A stretch of DNA of 64,000 nucleotides from Trichosphaerium sp. ATCC 40318 (lineage: Eukaryota > Protista > Tubulinea), in the NCBI GenBank assembly GCA_038496445.1, contig JALMLS010000541.1:124001-188000 (forward strand). The letters are read 5' to 3'. The number at the start of each line of letters is the position of its first letter. The stretch's first letter is position 1. The translations under genes were made by a program, and so were the position numbers. Shown piece after piece: positions 36,677-48,740 of the stretch. The notes beneath the pieces were generated by a model. That model was not told where the DNA came from and ran no database searches. It saw only the letters and a list, made by a program, of their open reading frames with translations.

Positions 36677-37672
36677 ATGACCAGCTTCCTAATACAACAA
36701 CCTGGATACCCAACAAATACATCAGACTCCAATACAAACTCTACAGAAAGCTCTTCACTAGCGCTCAACACTTCTTGTAAGTTTTTCTTTCACTCCACAA
36801 ATCTCCAACAGCCAACAAAAGCCGCATGTGTCATAACACTTGGCGAAATGTTAATTTTATCACATGCATCGCATTTTCTTTCAAGTATTCCAACAGAAAA
36901 CTGAAAAAAGTCTTCCAGCTACTTTTATTCAATTCTAAGATGTGTAGGTAACGTGAACGCTCAGTATAAAGGTTCCTCAACTTGGAAGGCTCAAGCAATC
37001 GTTAGAAAAGATGTTAATGGTATCAAGCTTGCACGGTTTGTAGGCAATAGAGGAACCAATGAAAGGGGCTTTAAACTTACTCAACAAGTACTTAAACAAA
37101 GCCTTACTTTAAAGATGAGCTTTAACAATGATTCTGGCGAATTGGTGAAGCACAAGTACGCTAGAAACTTATCTACAAAGATGTGGCTAACAACAAAAAG
37201 TTCTATCGTAATATCTCGCAGCAACAACGTTGTAGAGTTCGAGTCCATTGAAAAATCGTGGCGTATTGTCATGGAGACCACGCCTTGTTGTGATAATAGA
37301 TTTGTTGAAGTCATGCTTAAAGGAAGATTTAACTGTAAAGCAAAAGGAAGGCAAGCACGGCATCTCAAAGCCAAACTATTTCTTTCTAACATGTTTTGTC
37401 AGTCACGTTTTGGAGCTGAAAAATTATAAAACGGGGAAAACTGTTCTCAGGTGTGATATTACGGTAATTCACAGAGGAAAACATGCGAGAACTGAAGCCC
37501 GAAAAAAGAGGAACGAGGAATATCTGGAAATCCACAACATGAACGTAAGACCCGCTGAAAATTACTTATTCTTTTTAATGCACTTATTGTTTTACAGGAC
37601 ATAGAGTATTCAGCAATAACAGATGCAGCTTATACATGGTATTTAGAAAATTCAAAGTTGGACTTGCAATAG
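36677..37672 (+). CDS. Hypothetical basic beta-rich protein with NLS-like segment (4 exons)
   Basis: Exons join via GTAAGT...TAG, GCAAGC...CAG (37351-37402) and GTAAGA...CAG; ends HRGKHARTEARKKR...LDLQ*. Confidence 0.6.
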
Positions 37673-37916
37673 TGTCAACGTCAAAAAATAACTGTAATAA
37701 AAGTTTAAATTATGGGTATTTCTAGCTGTTGTTTTTGTTTGAAAAACTATTCGAAAAAATGTTCGAAAACAAAAAGACCATTGCATCAGTTTTCTTTTGC
37801 AGCTTCAAAAGTAGCTAGGCTTTCAGCAAGCTAACGATAACAGAAATAAAAAAAGAATAACCTTCAACGCATCTTCAAAAAAAGCATAATTTGGCACGTG
37901 ACAACATAGGTCAGAT

Positions 37917-39657
37917 CACCAACTTTTTGTCTTTATCGAATCTCTTTTCTGATTTGTCGCCTTTTCACTTTGGAGCTGCGGAAATCGGGAATTCCCGTAA
38001 AATTTTTTCACAAGGACAGCACGCTTTCGCTTTGATCGTCGGAATAAAAAAGAATTGGCAGTCAGATTATTCTTTATTATTTAGAAATGATTACTTTGTG
38101 ATGTTCTTTGTCTTCTAATGTTTGTGGACATGCTTCTCTTGTACGAACAAATACCTAACGGAATTAATAAAGTCATAAACAATAGAAAAACATACACTTG
38201 GTTTAGCAATGTCGGAATTATCAACGATCGCATTTTCCAAACCTATACAGCGGTTAACTAAGAATACTAGGTATAAAACAGTCTAAAAAAATACCTGAAT
38301 AGCGAGGATCACACGCTAGAGTAAGTTCTGAAATCTCACCGAGGTCTCCTCCTTATGAAAAGTTAATAATAAAAACTAATCAATAGAAATCAAGTCAACT
38401 GCACCTGTAAAGGTAAATGTCACTCCCGAGGATGTCAAATGTTCTGATATTGTCACAGAAGGTCTTGTGTACTTTCCTTCGCAAATGACAAAGCTTGGAT
38501 CATGCCAATGTCCTTCAAAAGCTGAACAAACAGCACATGTGTCCGCTTAAGAAAAGTTATATTCTGATGTTAAAAAAATCCGTACTAGCAGTTCCACATG
38601 TTTGACCCTGATCTCCACATACAAACCATTTGTATTCGTAATAGTACGCTGTTGAAGAGCCTCTGGTCTGTTGTACTCCAAGCGATTGTAGTTTGGAGAG
38701 ATCATACTTGCGATTGGCAACTAATCAAAGAAAAGAAATGTTTAGGACTTAATATGAACAAGTGCATTTAACAGAGTTTCGTTGTTGACTACGTACAGAT
38801 AATATCAGAGCAATCTGGTGGAAATGGGTACTGAGACGGTGGATTTGGTGCTAGCGATGGTACTTCAGACCGAGGACAAGCATCCTTAGTCCTCACTGTA
38901 ATCTACGAATAAGATTTTAAGTTACAAATCAACTATTCAAACTAGAACAATTTCGTACAATAGGATTGTAGATTGCAGAATTATCAACAACTACACTCTC
39001 GAAACCTCAAAAAAAATAATCAAACAAAACCATTATTGACTACAAAAGGTCAATGTACCATTGTAATTGGGATCGCAAATAAGGTCCATGTTTGAAATTG
39101 ATCCTCCATTACCTCCTACGCTTTTCATTAGTGATATATTTAATTCCTTAACATACCTGCATAGGTAATTGAAACACCAACGTCATCTCCGTCCTGGTAC
39201 TCCTTGATCTCTGTGGCAGAGTCAGTATATAACCCTTCACAGTAAGTGTAAGGTGGATCATTCCAGTGTCCATCCCATGCACTACAAACACCGCACTCGT
39301 CTGTATTGTATGAATTAGTACCAGAGCTATATCTTTTGCTTTCGTGCCGTTGGTAGTAGTTCCACAACTCTGCGCTTTATCGCCACATACAAAGAATCTG
39401 TAGTGATAGCTTCTAGTATGCTCTCCTTGTTTTTCCTGGATACCAAGAGCCTTGTAACAGTTAAACAGAAGACGGAAGCTAAAAACACGTACAGTCAATG
39501 CAGATAGATCGTAGGTGTTACTACCGTCTTAATAGTAGAATATAAGCTTTCATATCACGTGTTAGGTACGTACAAGATAGGTTTGAGCAGTCTGGCGGGA
39601 AACCAACGTTAAAGCTATGATACAAGCTAAAACAAAGTACAAGCTACGAGAGGTCAT
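37917..39657 (-). CDS. Secreted protein with two mannose-6-phosphate-receptor-homology (MRH/CIMR)-like domains; 3' end uncertain
   Basis: Signal peptide, then YDLSAL...YHYRFFVCG...C...GVSITYAGGNGG..SNMDLICDP and a second repeat YDLSKL...YEYKWFVCG...GVTFTFTGG...SELTLACDP, each closing on a T/S..ACP motif. Confidence 0.75.
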
Positions 39658-40238
39658 AGAAGCTTCGTAATTGAAAAGTGACTATACAATTTCAATGAAC
39701 TAGACGGCCTCAATGGCAATGCCTCATATTTTTGAGAATGTCATCACGTGGATTAACTTCTTTACGTATTTAAGACTCGTTTTAGATATCTAGCGCACCA
39801 AGCAATAGCTCGTGAATTTTATGCACAGAAAACAAAAACCCAAAAAAATTGTCACAAAGTTGCTGACAATTGAAGTCCAAGAAACGTACCAACAGTTGAA
39901 AGGGAGGTTAGCCAATAACAGATTTTGTTTCTGAGTTTCGTACGCTGACCACGACCTCTATGCTTGGTCAACAGTTACGCCCAAGAAATTCATCTTGTGT
40001 GCACAGTATTTAAATGATGTGCTTTATTCCAGAAATGACAGCTTATCAAAGGCCTTTGAAGTAATTAATTAATCTGCTCCAGTCAACATTATACGTACTA
40101 GCAATGTATGTTGCAAAAGGTGATTTCACGGCGAGGTAATCATTACTATCAAGTTTTCCATTTTCAATGAATTAGGGTTTGTTTGCTTTGTTTTTATTTG
40201 GAACACTTTGCACACTAACACCAAAGATATAGTGTTAA

Positions 40239-40310
40239 GCCCACTGTGAGTTTTGATCTCGCTACCATCTGGTCAAAAGCCAAACGCTCTTCCGATTGAG
40301 CTAAGTGGGC
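40239..40310 (-). tRNA. Atypical tRNA-Lys(TTT)-like sequence, copy 2
   Basis: Reverse complement of the same cloverleaf, with a T-stem mismatch (CTCAC instead of CTCGC). Confidence 0.7.
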
Positions 40311-40314
40311 TACT

Positions 40315-40515
40315 TGTTGTCTAAACATGGTCTAGTTTCTGTTCAGAATGGCTTTATTGTACAATATCCAACTATTACAGACAAGATGTGCATACAGTTA
40401 ATGGAGCTAGTATACAATACACCTTGGAGTATGCTACGAAGGTGTTGAAGAACTAACGGGCGTCCATACCATTAACCTTGAAGGTTGTATGCACATTACA
40501 GACGGTATTACAAAT
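40315..40515 (+). pseudogene. LRR relic of the same family as the F-box/LRR gene at 54854-55999
   Basis: Translates YPTITDK (gene: YATITDK, sharing the 17-mer CAACTATTACAGACAAG) and, after a frameshift, GVEELTGVHTINLEGCMHITDGI (gene: GVRSLAGVHCINLNCCKQLTDGI). Confidence 0.75.
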
Positions 40516-40731
40516 GACGCGTTATTCCTTGCTAGTCTATCTACGCACATGACCAATATAAGTTGTTATCCAAGACACAGATGAAGAATTCGCAACCAGC
40601 AGAATTGGAGCTTATAAGATAGGTTTGTTGTTATTGTACCTGCACGTGTCATTAAAAAAAAACCAAACTTTGATTTTTAAGGTGCTTAACAAGTTAAGCC
40701 AATTCAATTGTACTGGTACCTTTTGCAATAA

Positions 40732-41127
40732 ATGGGGTGTTGTACATCAAAGTCAAATTCAGAAAAGAAACTTCTGATAACAAAACCTGAGGAGGCTAGA
40801 AACAAAGAATACATCATTTTTGTCAAAACACTCATTGGTGGGACTATTACAATGACTGTAAATAAGAGGACTACCATTGAAGAGCTTAATAAGATGCTAG
40901 AAGAAAAAACAGGTACGTCTACAAACCGTCACTACAAAGCCGTTGAAAGCGTTGTAACGCGAGTACTTACTGATGCAGGCGTACAACCTCATCAACAGAG
41001 CCTCTTGCAGAGGATGGGAAGTGCTGAAGTAATGTTAGAGGCTAACCACAATAGAACACTTGAAGATTACAATATATTAAAAGAATCTACAATCTCCATG
41101 GTACTACCAATGGGTCGCCGACAGTAG
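40732..41127 (+). CDS. Ubiquitin-like protein with N-terminal myristoylation/palmitoylation motif and no C-terminal Gly-Gly
   Basis: MGCCTS start, IFVKTLIGGTITMTV...TIEELNKMLEEKTG|VQPHQQSL...RTLEDYNILKESTISMVL, ends PMGRRQ. In-frame 66-nt intron at about 40913-40978. Confidence 0.82.
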   Translation: MGCCTSKSNSEKKLLITKPEEARNKEYIIFVKTLIGGTITMTVNKRTTIEELNKMLEEKTGTSTNRHYKAVESVVTRVLTDAGVQPHQQSLLQRMGSAEVMLEANHNRTLEDYNILKESTISMVLPMGRRQ

Positions 41128-41383
41128 AGGAGAATGTATGAAGATTATAAACAATAAAGGAACTCAGTTCCGTTTTTTAGTGGTTTGAAGTTACGCACGT
41201 GATACTTTATGTCCGCCTGAGATACCTTAATAAAACATTTAAATACATTGCTAATTACGTCACACCACCTTATCACACTTGGAATACTATGCACTTACCT
41301 CCATACGTAAGAAAAAGGAAGCTTTGAAGAAAGCTCATCTAAGTCTAGTTTTATTTTACATTGTCACTTAACTTTTTTACTAT

Positions 41384-42952
41384 TTATGTCTCTTCTACAA
41401 ACAATAAAACTTGATTACAAAGAGTGCCAAGAGCATCTGAAATACATAAACCATCCTGAAACTTAATAATTCGTTTTGGAAAATGTGTTGCGATTATCAG
41501 CGGTTCAAGTGAACTAACATGTGCTATACTATGTTAAATTACTTTAAATCATACCGTAGTACCTTCTATGAACCATAAGACATGTATAGAAGTATCTGTA
41601 GTCTTGAATCTTCGCTTAATCTGACCTGGTTAAGCCAAATTTAAGGTGTTCTAAAACGTACGCGTTGACCGTCCAACAATCTAACACTAATTGATACAAC
41701 GCTTGATGACGCTTCTGGTTCCTCTGGTAGTTTATCTAGACGCTTTCTACGCTCTTCCATTTCAATTCTAATGCTTTCTTCTTTTGCTTGCTTAATACGC
41801 TCTTCTTGCTCTTTTTCCTCATCCTCAACATGTAGTTAGTACGTAAACTAGGTTTTAATGGCAACACCTTTTGCCTATCTGCATCTAGAGACTCTTGAAA
41901 AGCTCTGTTTTGCAATTCTCGGATTTTTCTATCTTGATCTATCTTTCTTTGTTCTTCTGTAATATACTGCCCTGCATTAACCTCTCTAACGTGTTAGTAC
42001 TACCAAGTTATGTTTTATTTGATGTCGTCATACCGGAAGCTTACTGAGTCGTTCATTCTCGTCTCTCATTGCTTTTAACTTAATCTGGGCTTGCAACCGT
42101 TTTTCGGCCTTTATCATCTCATCACGCTGTTTTATATCAGCCAAACCTTTGGAAAAAGCTTTAGATAACGTAATGACATCATTATGCATTACCTTGCACC
42201 GATTCTTCTTTGATCTTTGCCTAATAAACCATGAGATTTCCGCAACAAAAATACTTGAAAGAAATTATACCTGCTGCTTTTCTACGTAGCTTTTACGCTT
42301 TTGAACGTGATCCACTGTACTACTTGTTTTAAATTTAATCTAAACGGTCATTACTAGGTAAAAAGCAAAGTCTTAAAGCACCTTTTTTACACTTTCACTT
42401 GCACGTGGCTCAACAGGCGTTGAATATGATCGAACTTCTTCCTGTTTAGTCGTTTTGACGCTTTCCTCTGCTTTTATTGTAGGTTCATTCGTTTTGCTTG
42501 CACGTGGCTCAACAGGCGTTGGATTTGATTGAACCTCTTGCTGTTTAGTCGTTTTAATGCGTTCCTCGGTCTTTTTAGTCGTTTGTAACAGTGTTGGCCG
42601 TTTAGAACTCAAAATCTCGCTCTGGGATTTAGTGGGCGTCTGAGATGGCGATGGGGTCGTTTTTTGAGTGTTTGGCGGTTTTATGTTACTTTTGCGAACA
42701 GTTGGAGCTTTGACACGTATAGGCGCATTGCGGGAGGGTAAATTATGCCTGAGGCCAGTATTCTTGCGTGACTAGGGGCGTTACTTTGGTTCTTGATGTA
42801 AAACATTATACCTCTGGTGGAGTAGAGCGTGTAGATGCATTTTTGCGAGTATTTAGCGCTTTTTCATCTACAACGTTAAATTACGACAAGATATTTATGT
42901 AACCAGCGTGAACAATAATACCTGATCTAGATGCCACCTTACGCCTACCCAT
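41384..42952 (-). CDS. UBX-domain protein (p97/Cdc48 adaptor) with coiled coil
   Basis: Coiled coil, LDKLPEEPE...CIQLVLDCWT|GQIKRRFKTTDT...IATHFPKR...LLFVEET*. The N-terminal region has a 99-bp internal duplication (units start 42398 and 42497). Confidence 0.8.
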
Positions 42953-43229
42953 GCACGATGCTACCATCCATAGCGTTAACGACGCTAGTAGAGAAGTGCA
43001 GACTAAACCAACAAAAATGGCGCCATCAGAGCTGTCCATCTCTACACGTCCAAGATTATGATAAGTCAGTGCGTTTATGCATCACAAATACTACTCACAA
43101 AAGGAGCGGAGTCTGCTTCAAAAGGAGAAATTTACTATAACGAGAACGAACATGATGTAAAGGAAGTATGTTACAAGGTTTATTATTATCGTACAGTAAC
43201 GGTTTTGTTATTTTTTTTCTAGTCTAGTA

Positions 43230-44156
43230 TTACAAAAGATTGCAAACCTTATTTAGCTTGCGTTTCTTTGACTTTTTTGAAGGATGGTCTGGAATGATTG
43301 TATTTTTTCTGGACTGCCTTATACGTCTAACAATTTGGAAAAACGTCTCATCAATATTTGTTCGCTTTAGCGCAGAGCCTTCAAAAAAATCGGCATTCAT
43401 TGACTGCGCCAAGTCTTGTCCTTGCCCAGTAGATACTTCTCGTAGCATTTCTAGATCACATTTGTTTCCTACGCAGTTCCATAAGCAAACAACCAAAAAA
43501 CAATCTTTTTCTTTAAAATACGTACCCAAAAGCACTATTGGTACATTACTAAGCTCGTTTGCGTCGATATCACGAACTTGGCATAATTGTTTTGTAAAAG
43601 CATTCAATTCGCTAAAAGAACGCTCTGATGTAATAGAATATATCATAATGAAACCTTCTCCATGCTCAAGAAATTGTTCACGTAGTGCACTGCAAGAGAA
43701 TTTAGATTATTTTCGAACAATGTTAGTTTGTTGTATTTACCTGTATTCTTCTTGTCCCGCAGTATCTAATATTTCAAGTACAGCTGGTTCTCTATCAATG
43801 TGTACTTGTTTTGTGTAACTGCAAGGAGTTAGTGAAAATAGTTTGCAGCAAAAAAGTTTTTATCGGGTGTTTGCAATTATCGTTGGTGTAGACGCTGAGA
43901 TTACAATAAAGGAGTTTTTTAAAGTGTTTGGCATTAAGCGGAAAGGAATTATAAAAAAAAGAGGACGTGTTGAGTTAGTTTAGTGTTGTTTCGTCTTTAA
44001 AGTTGTTGGGAGTGTTTAAATAACGTACGAGTCTTCAATGGTAGGGTCGTAGAACTCTACAAAGTGGTTCATGATGAACATTACCGAAACACAACTTTTT
44101 CCTACGCCTCCAGCGCCTACAACTGCTATCTTGTAATGGTGTTGAGCTGATGTCAT
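43230..44156 (-). CDS. Ras-family small GTPase
   Basis: [37 protein letters not shown], polybasic tail and CNLL CaaX box. Confidence 0.95.
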
Positions 44157-44683
44157 TTTTTTTGTAGTACTAGCAGAGGTGTTGCTTGTGTTTTGAAACT
44201 TATTTTTGTTTGCTACTTCTTAATTTGGAAGTTGAAAGCTTAGTTTATTTTTGTAGAACGGGAACATTAATGGTTAAAACGTTATAAAAAAGCAATTAAA
44301 CTCTGAAGAAGTCTTTGTACCGTTTTCCTACGTAGATTTTTTTAAACTTTGTATTCTCTAGAGTTTTATTTCGCTTAATTTTATTGTACAAGCGCTATTA
44401 TAACGAATAAAAGGTGATAGAAGATATGAATTAAAAGAAAACTAAAATAGCTCTGAAGTTCTTGTTCGTGCAGTTAACCAACGGAAATTCTTTAAACAAC
44501 GTTGAAATATAGTTTATACATAGCCTGATGTATCATTCCTACAACTTGTAGAATGAATGGGAACAAAAAGTGGGGAGAAATAAAACGTTACTTAGCGAAT
44601 TTTTTTTTATTCATTGTACAATTACAAGACAAATTATATGCTAACGGGTCACTTATGTTATAATTATAAGCACTTGATGCATT

Positions 44684-47600
44684 TTAAAGAGAAAACAAGA
44701 AACATAATAGCATTGTAATAAAGAACAATACTAAACTTCCTTTAGGAGTATTAGCTCCTGAAATATTACCCGATGATAATACTTCTACTGTAAAGTCACT
44801 ATTGTGGCTGATAGCAAGAGACCTAGAAATGTCCGAATTTAGCAAGAGACTTTTGGAAGTGGCAATTCAATTTCATTCTTCTCTTTCTTTTCTCAAATAG
44901 TTTGTGTCAAAAATCTCCAAAACGTACATTTCTTTAGCGTCCAAAGGGACTGTTACAGTGGCGATGAGTGTATAAGTATCTCTCATCGCTACCAATGTAG
45001 CACATAGGTTTGTTGTTGGCATAGATAAGCAGAAAGGGTCCTACAAAGAGAAGGAATTTAGCGAAAATGTCCCGCCTTGCCTTTTTTAGAAAAAGATCAA
45101 AAAACCGACCCGATAAGAACATTGAGGTTTTCACAATATCTCTGAATACAAAAAAAAACGTTCCAAGCCAAACGAGAAATAAAGACTTTCATTGAGGCAT
45201 TAAAACTGCGTGGGAAGAAAAACATTCGGAAATTTTTTTGAAAGACATCGTACCCCAGAAGTTACGTTGATACGCGCTTGGCTACTCATACCAGTTACAT
45301 TCAGTTGATAATTCTGCAGGTTCGAGGTTATAAAATAGTAATGGTCGTAAGAGAATGAAAAGGAGTAATCCACGTGGTTGGAAAATCATCCAATTTGGCA
45401 AATTCTCTCCATTTAGAAAATTGTAAATTTCAGATACTAAAAAATAGCAACCCAAATTTTTTTGTTACGAACTACGAACCGTTATAAGGCTACCCTCATA
45501 GTTGACCTTTTTACCAGGTGATACAGTTGTAGAGAGAAATTGAACAGAAGCGAAAAACTCTTCCTGCACGTTGCTCAGCTCCCGTTCTGGAAGGTCAAGG
45601 AGAATATCTTCCACACCTTGCTCTAGACCTCTAACTCCGCGTTTACGAGAGCAAGTGTCATAAACTAAAAGCAAGAGAAACGCGTGAGCTTAGGTAGAAG
45701 AAAATAGAAAAAAAAAAGCGCAAAAACGTATTTTGCCTGAAAATGTTGTTTTAATCGCTGTTCGAAGGTTTCTACGCACAAGGTTGGCATTCTGTGCTAA
45801 ATTCAGTAGCTAAAGCGCCAAAATTACCAAGAACCCAAATTAAAGAGTTTTCAAAAGGCACAGAAACGACGTATCGTACTCGACCTATGAAGCAATTAAT
45901 AAATCATTGAAGGTATGACGCTATAGCGAGTGATCTAAGCGCAATGCAGTAATTTAACTTTTGAAAAACTGAAAATGTTTTTGGCATTTACTATGTAGTG
46001 TTAGATCATTCTAGTGTACCTGGATCATTTTGAGGTCCTTTTGGTTCGAAAATAGTTGGTTGAAACGCGTCTTGACTCGTGACTCCTTGGGCGTTTTTAT
46101 AGCCAACCATGTAATTATTTATGCCATCAATAGAGCCAGGGATGGGAATATTCACTACAAAGCGTACATTAACGTTATTTTAACAAAAACTCGAATGACT
46201 TACGTTTACCCGGTAGAGGCGTAGCGCCATTTAAACAAGAGATTCTGTATCCAAACCACGCATATCTGTGGCCTGTGCCACTACTCTCGTTGAAATTGGT
46301 ATTATCTACACATTCGAGTTTTGCTGTAATCGAGCAGGTGCAATCGGCACCGGTGAAACTAGGCGTACAACGCTCGCACGTATTGTTTGCGGTTAAGCCA
46401 AAACCCTTTTTGAAACTATAAACAAGCAACGTTCTAAAATGACAATAAACGCACCTGCTCGCACTTGCAAATCGCTTTGGCATCGTTGCCAACAGTTTGT
46501 ATACATTCAGAGTTTGCTGTGCAGTTTGCTGTAGCGCATTGATCAGCTTCGCCATCACAAGGCGTGTTCTCGACTAACAGCTCGTTAGATAATATCCCAA
46601 GGCGCAATGCACGTACCTTGACAAGCCTCAACTACAAACAGCCAATCACTATGGATTAAGTGCTCCCTACATTTTTCTTCAGAGTCACTTTCGTTCTGAG
46701 GACAGTGGTTCATCCATCCAAATCCTGTAACAAGCTCGCCTCTATGATCTATAAAGATAATGGTTAGTTATAATCCAACTAAGAGAAGAAAAAAATGATT
46801 ACCGCGCTGAACAAAGAAGACATCTGTCGGATCTCCGTCTTTGCCTTTAGAAAGGAGATCCCAAGTTTTATTAGTTAACCTGTGCCTTATAAAGCCTCTC
46901 CCTTGTTCTCCCATATTTTCGTCTACTGCAAGATTATCCCCATCATCAGCCTATCCAAACGTACATTAGAATACACTCTTAGTTAAAGCACAAAAAAAAC
47001 TGCCGATTACGTACAACTTTGACGCTTCCAGTGTATTCAAACTCAATATCAAATAAATCACCGTTATCCCATAGATCAGAGTCTTGGTTTGCAGCTGCAA
47101 CACCAAATATTTGTATTGTCCCTTCGTCTCTGTCAAACGACATTCTCATGTCTGCTCCATCAGATGGGTCAAAGCTGAAGGTAATTAAAGTCTTAGCCTT
47201 AAAATCAGCTAAACCATCCAATCTCAAGCCTTAAAACAACAAAATGTAAGAAAACATCTCATGTAGTCTACAGAAAAATTATACTGTACCATAGATACCA
47301 TCTTGTCTAACTTGACCAAAACGGTGGTTACGAAGTACAAATGTACGTGGTTCTGTTGAGATATGGTCTTCGCTCCAATCAAGATTACAATGTGCTGTAT
47401 TACAGAATATTAATTTTCTTTCGAGACAAGAGGTTCAAGAGGTTGATGATTGTTAAAGTTAAAAAAGGTCAAAGATTAATACCTCCATTGTAACCGTAAT
47501 GAGCTCTTGCTTTTTCATAAAACCAAGCGAACGTGTCTCCTAAGGGAAGCGCGTTAAGAACAAAGCTCTAAAGATTTTCACTCACTTTGATCAGCGTAAG

Positions 47601-48491
47601 CCCAGTCAGATGCTACAGGAAGCCTAGGGCTATCTGTAACGTATGGAGCATTCGGATTTGTAAAAAAGGTAAAATGCTCGAACTCTAGCTCGCCCTAAAG
47701 AGAAAATATGAGCCATGCGTCTCAGACGTGTGGTAACCTCCAAAGAAGTGAAAATGACTTACGTTAGGATTGTCAAAACAAATTAGCGCTACTGCAACTG
47801 TGTCCGGCTTATCTTGTAAGACAATGCGTGCAACATAACAATAATCCCGTTGGTTTAGATCAGTAGCGTTTAGGTCGAGTTCAACAAATTCTAGCGATAA
47901 TAAGCGTTAAAACAAGTTTGGAGTTGATTCAATAGCGTAAAAGTTAATTGTACGGGCTTTTTTGACTTTTGGAAAGCGTTTTGTTTAACCTACCTTCTCT
48001 GTCGGGGAACCAAAACTTCGCTGTCTGTACATTCCATGCGTACAGAGACAATATAGTTGATGTATTTGACTGTGGAGGGTTCTTTTAAAACACATTAGAA
48101 ACACGGAATAAAGTGTACTGACTCCGTACAGTAACGTTAACGATCGCGCTAGCGTTATCCGCCCACGATATTTCCCAGTTTAGCGATACTAGTCGTTCCT
48201 CCTCGCCACTTTGGTCACAAGCAAGCTTTTTTTCGAAAAAGCGACCATTACCTTGCGCTGTTTAGTCGTTGATGAATCTATAGTTTGCTATTCGGCTTTT
48301 TTTGAAAATCCAATTTAAACTATCCATTGTAGTGTACCTGTTACACAGCCACCGTATGTTGTATGTACAAGTGCAAGAATACAAACAAGCGACAATAACG
48401 CACTGTAAATAAAAATAAGTACTCATATTGGTGTGGTTGTTAGCAAGGAAATGACAAAAGAGCGTTTTTGTTGGTACACGGCCTTTTTCAT
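44684..48491 (-). CDS. Large multi-domain surface protein (signal peptide, beta-rich domains, EGF-like repeat, probable GPI signal)
   Basis: Signal ALLSLVCILALVHTTYG, domain LRNHRFG...YGLRLDGL...TFSFD...HRG...GFGWMNH...SDWLF, EGF-like CATANCTANSEC...CKCEQGF, LECVD...YAWFGY...QPTIFEP, hydrophobic terminus SLVLFFITMLLCFLFSL*. Confidence 0.75.
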
Positions 48492-48740
48492 TCTTTTTGT
48501 ACAGATCTGAACAAGTTGCCGAAAACTTGTTATAATGCAGCCTTTTATACAGAGTGCTGGCTGAATGGAAGATTTTAAACTATTTGTACCTGAAGTTGGT
48601 CATTTATTGCGTTCTATTGTAGAAAAAGCGCGACAAACTTAATAGTGGAGTACACGCCGTTGGTTTTGTTTGTGCCGAAAATTGAAGCAAATGAAGTCAA
48701 ATATTGTCATTAATTGTTCTGTTATGTGGCTGTAGTACAA

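Noticed and set aside
36690-36900. Minus-strand frame with an in-frame TGA (FVE*KKN) as a possible selenoprotein
   Set aside because: It is antisense to a plus-strand exon and intron with canonical splice sites, and has no redox-motif context or SECIS evidence.
43240-43818. 192-aa plus-strand ORF
   Set aside because: Antisense to the Ras gene with no independent motifs.
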